Made by a program: the position numbers and the translations under genes. From Macrostomum lignano (Eukaryota), in NCBI GenBank assembly GCA_002269645.1, contig NIVC01000269.1:620001-684000 (forward strand): 64,000 bases of DNA, in the 5' to 3' direction. Shown here one piece after another: positions 1-10,800 of this stretch (the stretch's first letter is position 1; each line of letters begins with the position of its first letter). The notes below the pieces were generated by a model that saw only the letters and a program-made list of their open reading frames with translations, ran no database searches and was not told where the DNA came from.

Positions 1-102
1 AACTACCCAATCTCAGTAACTACCCAATCCCAGCAACTACCCAATCTCAGCAACTACCCAATCTCAGCAACTACCCAATCTCAGTAACTACCCAATCTCA
101 GC
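1..102. repeat. 17-bp tandem repeat (AACTACCCAATCTCAGC), about 6 copies, runs off the window start
   Basis: Directly visible head-to-tail units with C/T variants. Confidence 0.9.
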
Positions 103-296
103 AATCACCCTCCAAGCTATAACACACAACTACTCAACAAAAACCCTTTTAAAAACAACCCACTCTGAAGCGAACCCCTTAGCAATAAACCACTCACCAC
201 CTACGAGCGTAGCAACAACCGTACGAGAAACAACATTACACAGCCTATTTAATTTAGCACTGAGCCGCCAACAGCCGCAGTCTAATCCCAAAGCAC

Positions 297-1813
297 TCAC
301 GGAGCCGACTGAATCCTCTTGATCCGGCTGAGTTTCTCTCGCCTACCTTCGACCAGCGAAGCCGCAGTCTCGCACCTGTACGCCTCCCAGGTGCGCACAG
401 CCGATCGACGTTGGCGTAGTTGAGCATCCGTTGGCACGGTGCCAGCGTGTTCTCGTACGAGTCTGCTCAGATTCTGGCGACCCAGAACGGTGAGCTGGTT
501 GCGGTGCAGCCGGTAGACGGTGACGTGAGATTTTGTGCACACAGACAGGCTCGACTCGCAGCCTTGTAGAGGGCTTTCCTCTCCGAACATGTCGCCTGAA
601 GTTGCAGGTAATGCAGAAACTTAAAAGCATACTCCAAAGCAGGGGGGCGGCAAATTCCGTCCAAGGAAGACTCTCTACGAGTATCCGACCCTCGGGTCCT
701 TTGGAACTTCACAATAGCAATCTGGCCCGCTCAATGTATCTCTTCTCAGCGCCCTCTCAATTCTCTCTAATCTCCTCTCATGATTCACATAGGATGTACA
801 CGAGTCCTATTTGAGTCATGCATCCTATGTCGACTGCCACTTTGATTAGCAAGCTAACAAACAAACTAAAGAATAGTTCTTCAGAACCCAGTTTTACCTT
901 TGTCAAAAGTACTCAGAGCAAACGCTTCGGTCTTCTCTTGGCCGTCCTCCTGAAAGCTCAACATCCGGTACGCTTGACACCTGCCGGAGGTGAGAAAGTA
1001 CAACCAGTCGTTACGCTCGCCCTGTTTCAGCACCAGCGAGTCGGGACGCAGGTTCTCCTTCACCAGATGGGGCACCAGGGCCTCTTTCTCCGACACTGGC
1101 AACTGGCTGAGAAAGTTCCACTCGGCATTGAGGAAATCGATTGTTTCGCTACGCAGTTGCGCCTCGATGTTGCGCATCAGGGCGTGGAACTTGGCCCGAT
1201 CGACGCGCAGCAGCTCGCAATCGGTCTTACAGTACAGCGTCGCCGGCGGTGCCAAATCGCCTTGGTCCTCGTCGCCGTGGCTGAGCAGGCCGAGGTACTC
1301 GCCCATGCCGTGAGTGTACACGATGTTGGGCTGGAACATCTGCTGCGACACCGTCACTCTGTCGTCGTCGTCAGCCGGTGCCGCTGGCTCGTACGTGGCC
1401 TCGAGGCTGCCGTGCAGGATGTAGTAACAGGAGAACTGCTCCTCGTGCGGTCGCTTCTGCAAGTAGTCGAACGCTTTGTACACCTCATGCGTCAGACTGT
1501 TGGCGATGGCCAGCTTCACGTGACTCCTGCCCCGATGAATCAGGCGCAAGCTGTCAATAATATTTTTCAATACTAGACGTTCGGAGTCGCTCAAGTGGAA
1601 TTTGTGCTCCCGTTCCAGCTGCTCATTTCGCTTCATCACTCGCGCGGCTGTGGCCGTGATAGCAATGCTGCCGACGCCGAAGATTCGTCGGTTGAAGATC
1701 GGCGGCCCCTGACTGTCGCGACCGCCGCTGCGCTGTTTCTCCTCTTCGCGCGCTTTCGCCGTGGCCTCAATGAACGACTTGCGCTCGTTGAGGCGCTGGA
1801 GCAAGCCAAGCAT
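297..1813 (-). CDS. Cyclic nucleotide-binding domain protein with two cNMP-binding domains (CNBD2/PKA-R-like fold); spliced, probably incomplete
   Basis: Exon 1813-898 carries YYILHGSL...GEYLGL...ATLYCKTDCELLRVDR and LKQGERNDWLYFLTSGRC. A GT donor at 897 and AG acceptor at 596 (302-bp intron) join in frame to give TFDK-G-DMFGEE, the canonical GxxFGE motif. Exon 595-297 ends at CC|GTGAGT, a likely donor, so the gene may continue left of position 297. Confidence 0.8.
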
Positions 1814-4800
1814 GCTTATAGAGAGAGACGCTACCTCAGTGACATGACAGTCGCAGCGACAGGCATGTTAGCGATAGCGATCTTTACAGTCAGTGAATGG
1901 GGACGAGAACAGGTGCTATAAAGGGGAGCAGGTGGGGTTAGGGCTTCCCTAGCTACTTCAGACTACCTGTTCCCCAAGCTGCAAACTCTTTTTCCCTATC
2001 ATCGATTTCAACAAGCAACGCGATAGGCCCGCCATTGGTGGTTCATTCTTCCAGGCGGGCAATGGGTTGTATAATCCCTCCGCGTGCCATTCAGCATTTC
2101 CATGTTTCCTTCATCTCGCTCCCGCATCCATCTCTTGCCTAAAGCTCTGCCTCCGCCCCCGTCTTCAGCTCCTATGCTCCCCATTCCCCTCATTACCAGT
2201 ATAGACTTGCAACAGAAGCGGGAGAAACAGAGAGAGGGAGAGAGACAGAGAGAAAAGATCCTGCATTTTGGGTCGCGGGCACGCGTGCTCAGGGGGAGTT
2301 GGCTGTGGGTCCCTGCAGCAACTCCAAAATAGCCTCTCATACCGGACAGCGACCGCGCGTGGAGTGAGGGGGGGATTGTGCGCGACTGCAGAGCGCGGCA
2401 ATAATCTTGAGCACTTGTTGTCATTGGCGACCGTATTGAGTTGTTTTTGTGTTTCCTTCTGCGAGAAGGCAAACATAGACAGGGGAAAGAGCTAGGAGAA
2501 AAAACTGTCTGTACCAATACTGACTGACTATAGTAGCTTTCCAATTCACAATGCCCTGCATGCATTTTTCACTTCTAATTTCCTGCAACTCAAAATTTGA
2601 CAATCCCCACGAACTTGCTGCATGCTACTTAAGTAAAAACGTTTTTGTTGGTTTTGACGTCTACGGAGTAATTCCATTTCGTGTCTATGAATGCAAAGAA
2701 ATACCAGTTAGTATTCGAGTAAAATAGGCCTGCATTCACGCAGGATGCGGACAGCCAAAAACTGAAAAGCAAACTATTAGATCACGATCTCAACGCAATC
2801 CTCAAGTCGACAGCTGGCGTCTCAGCAATTGCAGGCAGTCGACGAAAAGTCCTCGCCGATAGTCATCAGCAGCATCTGAAGTGACCGCGATGGTGCAACA
2901 GGTCTCTTTTGGATGGTGGCCAAGAACAGACTGTGATAGATTGCTTGGATTGATAGAGTCCTCATGATAAGGACGCACTTTTTTTCCAAATTTCACGCTC
3001 GCACATGGGTTCCAAACTTGCTAGCCTACTAACAGCAGGCTATGGGCGTTTTTCTCCTCTTTTGTAATTTTTCTAGAATTCTTACTAGTAGGACTTCTGT
3101 AGCTATATTAATCTGCCATACTTGTAGTTATAATAACATAGGCGCGGTTTTTTGCTGCTTTTGGGTCATAAATCATTGCTTTCGAGCTGACCTGACAGCC
3201 ACCTGCGCCTCACTCAATGCGGAGGCTGGCGCCAGATGGTCTGAAAGGATGCGGGCGGTAGCTTTTTTTCTCATAATTTTGACAGGCCATCAAGATTTAT
3301 GAGGCCAGGACCTATTGTTCGTGTTCACTCAAGCGTGTGACAGCTTTGACAGCTATGCGTTTTACCCCTAAAAGTACGTTGGGATTAGCGATTAGCGATT
3401 ACTCTTCATTATCTTCACTTTCTATTTAATAAGAGCTTTCTAATGTATATTTTTTCATTAATTTTTATCAATTCTAAGCGGAAAGTCATAAATCATTTTG
3501 TTGCGATTTTGATTGATTTATGGCCGCACCTGTCATATTTTTTCGACCCCGAGGGAACTGATAGGATCTCCCGGTCACGTGACTTTGGGTGGCAACAAGC
3601 TCAGCCAATCAGAAAATTCGACGCTCAGTTTAACAAATCGGCTCAGCCAATCAGAATCGACGTGTTCCATTCCATTACATTGACAAACTGCGGTCCAGTT
3701 GGCGGCTATTTAAACCGGTGCTTTTGGCCCGCTCGGACTAACTTGGCAACCCTTTCTGGAGACCGGCCAGGAACTTGCATGCTCTCTCTCTGGCCCGACC
3801 GTCGTTTCTTGATCCCCGGATTGCGACTCCCCCCATCATCATCAAGGACGAATTCCCCCGGTCATCAGCAGTGAACATCAAAGTTAAGATCATCACCTGC
3901 TAGCTATCTGCGAAGGTTGTGACATCAGCACCATCCCGGGTCTACAGCTGCAGAGCATCGAGCCGATTCGGTCACTGTGGATTACCTGGTCTCCGGCTGT
4001 TGAGTTTCTGATTGGTTGGGTGAGAGGCTACCTAGACTTGCTTGATTGGGTGATTCCCTATCTGTCCCCTGTTTCAGTAGCTAAAGGCGCACACTTTTGC
4101 TCATTTTGTTCAGTAGTGCTGTTACTGAGGCAGAAATCATTTAATAATACTGCTAGTAGTCTGAAGCTCCAATTTAATCTGAGGTGTGAAGTGATTCAAG
4201 GAGAAGGTTAAATCTGACAGTTATTTTAGCGGTTTTATTTCTTTGTTCGCCGATGGCTCAGATGATCATGAGTGGCTAAGCTAGTAGGCGCCGATCATAG
4301 TGGACCAATGGCAAGGCAGTTCTCAGTCGGTCAATCTATCGAATCAGTTAGCGAAACTGCCAGTAGTGCAGAATCGGCGCCAGACATGTACTCTGTGCAC
4401 TCTAGGTTAGCCAAGCGGCTCGGGTAATGAATCATGCGGTCTCTGATGTTCGAGTTAGCCTATCATCAGCGCTAGGAGAGGCTAGTTGGCGCGTTGAAGG
4501 CCAAAATTACAATTCCTCGTATTTAGCAATGTAATAGTACATGCAGCTACCCCATAGTCTCGCCACTGCAAGAATCCCCTGCACAAGTCCCCTCTGTACC
4601 TGCATGGCCAATGCGATCTAGTCCCAGCAGTGTCCCTTATCATCGGCTATGACTTCAAGATTGACAGCAAAAAGACACTAGTTGGCAGGTAAGTGCAAAG
4701 CCCCTTCTAGTCGGAAGCCCGATTTCGAGAGTCCCGGTGTGGTGAGCCAGGACGTACGGGCTGGTGGCAGCGAGTTAGCTAACCTGCGGGTTAACTGATT

Positions 4801-7314
4801 TCTACCTTCAAAATTCTCCCTGCTTGTCTCTCGCTGTCCCTCTCTTAGCTATAGGACCCAGACTGCTCGCCACACGATCAAGCTACCGTGGGGCTGACCA
4901 TCTGACAGGAGTGGGGGGCCAGGACGATCTAATTGATTTATTTCTGAGGCCTGAGGCCCGAAGGCTTCCCCACAAGGGGGCCGAAAGGCCGAAACCATCA
5001 CTTACATGTCCTCTGCAGCAAGTTAGCAACCCATGAATTTGTGCGCGAGAGCCAAAATGAATTGCGTTTAGATCGCTACATATTTATAAACGCAATACCG
5101 ATCAGACATTGCGTCTGCATCATCAGCAATAAAAATGTTAAAAGTACATTCATACTGTTATACATACTCCAATACCCCTACCTACACAGGCGCCATGTTC
5201 TAGTGCATGCAGACTCGTAACCTTAGTCATCATCTGTATATCCTGCATCTTCAAATAATCTTCAAAAGTCCCCAAAAATTGGGGGAAAATTGTGTCTTAT
5301 ACCTATGCATCTTAGAGGGAAACCTTTCCGAATAATTTCAAACGATTACGTCATCCGTTTTTGCAGTGGGTTTTGCAATATACTTGCAATTTTCAATTTT
5401 GGCCGAAAGTACAAGACAAACAGCCGAGCTCAGCAAGTCGAGCGGCACTCGCTACTCGCTCAGTTACTACTGTTTATTTCTTAGTCTTGTTCTGAGGTTC
5501 TAAAATCACTACACAGATTATATCAGTCAATCAAAAAAGACAAATCAGATTTGAAAAAATTTACAACTAACAAGAAAAAGCTTCATTGAAATAGGTCGCA
5601 AATAGCGCTACCAGACGCGTGTAAAAAAACCGAAAGAAAGAAAAAATCAAAGCTATTTTTAACAGGAAAACAAACAAGCTGTGGAGCAACTGACATCCGA
5701 ATGCAGAGATGTATTTACAGATTAACCATCAGTAAAAAAGTTCATAATAGTTTATAAACAATAAAATTATAAACTCAATTACTAATCAATCAAAATTCAA
5801 CAAGAAAAAGTTGATTGATTAGTAATTATAGTAAAGTTATACGGTTAAAAATATAAGAAATATTGCTACTGCAGTACTGCCTAATAAAACAGACCCTAAT
5901 AAAGTAGACTTGTTCATGCATACACGGGCAGTAGTACAAAATGAGCGGACAATAACTCATACTGCAAACTACTGATCTAATTCTCAAGGACCTACTCAAG
6001 TAGTAGGAAAGTTTTAGAAGGCCGATTTTAATGCTTCGCAATACCTATCGCTTTATTGATATTCATAGAGCTTTTTGTATAGAAAATTAGGATGCTATTG
6101 TGTACGTCAATTCTATGCACTACGTACAATCGCACATGTGAATTCTATGCCTAAAAATCGTAAAAAAAGGCACAACACAAGTCGACTCATAGGTTTTATG
6201 AATCGATGCAATGTTACACATTCAGTAAGCAAAGAATGATAAAATAGGTTCATGAAAACCGCTGTGTCGAGCTCCGCTATTTTTGAAAGATTTCTAGGTA
6301 CAGGACATGTACGGCTGATGCAATTTTAAAATTGTAGAATTCTAATTTTCTTAAACAAAAATCTCTATGAATATCAACAGAGCTATAAGAAAGTTTTTTT
6401 GTTATTTTCTAGCTTAAGAATGTGACTTTTTGACGATGTGAAATGTCGAGCTTGTGAAGTGTTTTCATTGTTTATTTAACACCACCAGTTTTTTGCCTTA
6501 ACCTAACAAGAAACAGTTAATTTGCACGAGTTATTTTGATAGAAAAAGAAACAAAGGTGGCAAAACGATTGTACTATTCTTGCATCAGTAAATTTTCATA
6601 ACTTGATTTCACATTTAGCACAGTTAAATAATTCAGGGCCTAAATCTTGGCCAGAATAAAGTTTGTAAAAGCGCATATCAAGTACTTCGAATGCGTACTT
6701 ATTTTGACACTTGATGATAAAAAACTGTTTAAAAAAACTTGGCAGCTACAAATAAAATGTCTACTCCAAATAACAATGCAGCGTCGTGTACTCTAAAAAA
6801 GTATTCCTAACGGATAATAACGCAAAACGCGAACGAATATCAGAGCTTTTAGCAAACGAATTAATACATTTTTGTAAGTATTTGTAACACTGCAAATAAT
6901 GCAACAGTTTTCAAAATGAACAACATACATAATTAAAACTACTTTATTTTAGACAACTAAGAAAATTTTTAAAAAACAGACATGATTAAAATTAAATCAA
7001 TTACAATTATTGCTAAAATTTGTAGGCTTACCAAAGAGTTCAACACCTGCTTGACGAATTTGAGAACAACTTACATATTTGTTAGTTCCTTAGAGATTGC
7101 ATAATAAGTACACAACATAAATTTCCTCGCAAGCAAAGCAAAATTTTTATGCATTGATTTTAAGTAACATGGAATGCATTCGATCCTGCTCACTGATTCA
7201 ACTTTCCTACCAGGTAGATATTTAGCTTGTCTGTCGCAATGGGTCTGCAAATCAAGTCAGGATTGGTATTTGCATCTAATTGTATATACAGCTAATAAAC
7301 AGCAACTAAAGTGA

Positions 7315-7725
7315 CTCATCAACAGCATCCGGGTCAATCAAAAAATGCAACATCCGGGTCAATCAACAATCCTGTAACATCCTGTAACATCCGGGTCAAT
7401 CAACAATGCAACATCCGGGTCAATCAACAATCCTGTAACATCATGCAACATCTGGTTCAATCAACAATGCAACATCCGGGTCAATCAACAATGCAACACC
7501 CGGGTCAATCAACAATCCTCTAACATCCTGTAACATCATGCAACATCCGGGTCAATCAACAAGGCAACACCCGGGTCCTTCAACAATGCAACACCCGGGT
7601 CAATCAACAATCCTCTAACATCCTGTAACATCATGCAACATCCGGGTCAATCAACAAGGCAACACCCGGGTCCTTCAACAATCCTGTAACATCCTGTAAC
7701 ACAATGCAACATCCGGGTCAATCAA
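7315..7725. repeat. Modular minisatellite built from CAACATCCGGGTCAATCAACAATG and CCTGTAACAT subunits
   Basis: Repeated CCGGGTCAATCAACAA cores at irregular spacing, visible directly. Confidence 0.85.
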
Positions 7726-7820
7726 AGGACTCAGCAACAATCCAGGCCAATAAAATCTCTAATCAACAATCCAACACCCGGTCACTTACTGTGTGCCATT
7801 CTCAATCCCACAGATTCATC

Positions 7821-10800
7821 TCAACAATCGGCATCGTCAATGACCGGTCCCAATCCTTCAATAGCTCGACTCAATTGGCTAGCGAATTCGTCAGTTTGCG
7901 CTTGAACAGCGACTAGCTGGAGCAATATCCTGTTCAGGGCGGCGCTGCGCTGGGTCTGAACGCCAATGCAACAGCTAGCCGGTGGCGGCGGCGGTGGCTT
8001 CGACAGCCTGTCAACTTCGCTTTGCAAAGCAGCGGCTTCAACCGACAGTTGATCGTAGCGTTGAACTGCGGTCAGCCTGGCTGATTCTGACGCGGCTGCG
8101 CGACCATCTGCCTCCGATAGTCGGGAGTTCGACTCCGCTAGCTTTGTTTCCCTGCGGAGATATTGTCAGGAGAATTTAAGATTATCGAATCAATCGAAAA
8201 AGAGATTTCTAAACTGACTACGACGGATTCAGCTGACATTTCTAAAGCTACTCAAACTGAAGCTGACATTTACAAAGCTACTCAAACTGCAGCTGACATT
8301 TCCAAAGCTACTCAAACTGAAGCTGACATTTCCAAAGCTACTCAAACTGAAGCTGACATTTCCAAAGCTACTCAAACTGTAGCTGACATTTCCAAAGCTA
8401 CTCAAACTGAAGCTGACATTTCCAAAGCTACTCAAACTGTAGCTGACATTTCCAAAGCTACTCAAACTGAAGCTGACATTTCCAAAGCTACTCAAACTGC
8501 AGCTGACATTTCCAAAGCTACTCAAACTGTAGCTGACATTTCCAAAGCTACTCAAACTGAAGCTGACATTTCCAAAGCTACTCAAACTGAAGCTGACATT
8601 TCCAAAGCTACTCAAACTGCAGCTGACATTTTCAAAGCTACTCAAACTGCAGCTGACATTTCCAAAGCTACTCAAACTGCAGCTGACATTTCCAAAGCTA
8701 CTCAAACTGAAGCTGACATTTCCAAAGCTACTCAAACTGCAGCTGACATTTCCAAAGCTACTCAAACTGCAGCTGACATTTCCAAAGCTACTCAAACTGA
8801 AGCTGACATTTCCAAAGCTACTCAAACTGAAGCTGACATTTCCAAAGCTACTCAAACTGCAGCTGACATTTCCAAAGCTACTCAAACTGAAGCTGACATT
8901 TCCAAAGCTACTCAAACTGAAGCTGACATTTCCAAAGCTACTCAAACTGAAGCTGACATTTCCAAAGCTACTCAAACTGTAGCTGACATTTCCAAAGCTA
9001 CTCAAACTGAAGCTGACATTTCCAAAGCTACTCAAACTGCAGCTGACATTTCCAAAGCTACTCAAACTGCAGCTGACATTTCCAAAGCTACTCAAACTGT
9101 AGCTGACATTTCCAAAGCTACTCAAACTGCAGCTGACATTTCCAAAGCTACTCAAACTGCAGCTGACATTTCCAAAGCTACTCAAACTGAAGCTGACATT
9201 TCCAAAGCTACTCAAACTGTAGCTGACATTTCCAAAGCTACTCAAACTGAAGCTGACATTTCCAAAGCTACTCAAACTGAAGCTGACATTTCCAAAGCTA
9301 CTCAAACTGAAGCTGACATTTCCAAAGCTACTCAAACTGAAGCTGACATTTCCAAAGCTACTCAAACTGAAGCTGACATTTCCAAAGCTACTCAAACTGA
9401 AGCTGACATTTCCAAAGCTACTCAAACTGAAGCTGACATTTCCAAAGCTACTCAAACTGAAGCTGACATTTCCAAAGCTACTCAAACTGTAGCTGACATT
9501 TCCAAAGCTACTCAAACTGAAGCTGACATTTCCAAAGCTACTCAAACTGCAGCTGACATTTCCAAAGCTACTCAAACTGAAGCTGACATTTCCAAAGCTA
9601 CTCAAACTGAAGCTGACATTTCCAAAGCTACTCAAACTGTAGCTGACATTTCCAAAGCTACTCAAACTGAAGCTGACATTTCCAAAGCTACTCAAACTGT
9701 AGCTGACATTTCCAAAGCTACTCAAACTGAAGCTGACATTTCCAAAGCTACTCAAACTGCAGCTGACATTTCCAAAGCTATTCAATTTAAAGAGACGCTT
9801 TTTAAAACGCTTCTCAAGCCAGACAGTCACACAGGAGACCAACCTATCAGCCAGTTCGCAATCTCGCACACGACAAGCGGTCTCCAACTCGTTAATCCTA
9901 GTCTCGGCAGCAATCCTAGCTAATTGCTGATTGTCCCTATCCGCTTGCACCTCAGCGAGGCGCTTTCTGATTTCGGCAGCTTCAGCTTCGGCTGACTCCA
10001 ACGCAACAGTTTTTGCTTCGAGTTCCGCAGCGGCCGCGGCTGCCGCAGACTTGGCGGCTGCAAGAGCAGCGGCAGCAGCAGCAGCTGAAGCCTCAGCTTC
10101 GGGATCGTCAATAGCGACCTGAGAGGCCTGTTCAAATAGCACCGGTGCCATAGTCTCAGTTGCCGAGCAAGAGGTAGTGACGGTAGCCTGACTGGCTATC
10201 TCAATTCTTTCAGCTGCAACAATGGGCAACTGCACCGTATTAGTAGAGACCCCTGCTGCTTCGGCAGCTTCAACTCGACGACGCTTCGAGCTGCTGCCGC
10301 TTCCGCCGCCGCCTCGACGTCGACTTTTATTATTACTATTCTTTTTATTCTGGTTACTGCTACCAGAGTTTGCATTGCCTCCATCAGCCGACTTCGACTT
10401 GGAAGATTTTGGCGACTTCTTTGGCGATTTAACTTTTATCTGTTTCGTTGGCAGCTCAGTAGTAACTACTGCTGATGGCGGCGTCAACGGTTGAGCATCC
10501 GTCGAGTCCGTAGCCGGTTGAGTCTCGGAGTTACTCTGCTGATCTACAGACTCCACCTGGGCAATGGTTTGCTGTTGCTGCTCTGGGCAGGCACATTCTT
10601 CAACAGGCGGAGGCGAGATCGACATGGACGAGTCAGCATCGGCGCCGTCCTCATCAGCCGGTGGTTGAGACGGCTGCTGCTCAGAGAGCGGCTGTCGGCT
10701 GTCCTCAGACTGAGCATCGTCAGCTTGAGCGTCGGTCTGATTTGGCGGCGGTTGAATTCGTTTTAGACGTACGGTAACAGGGCCCAAGGTTAGATTGTTG

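Noticed and set aside
1815-1834. Possible 20-nt GT-AG intron joining an upstream ATG (1866) in frame to the cNMP gene
   Set aside because: It is in frame but far shorter than any other intron here (at least 79 nt). A distant upstream exon or a start at 1813 is more plausible, and it cannot be tested without transcripts.
818-1921. Plus-strand ORFs overlapping the cNMP gene
   Set aside because: These are antisense shadows of a GC-rich coding exon with no recognisable motifs.
2612-5025. Possible transposon bounded by an 11-bp inverted repeat AACTTGCTGCA
   Set aside because: The repeat is too short, there is no TSD and no internal coding support.
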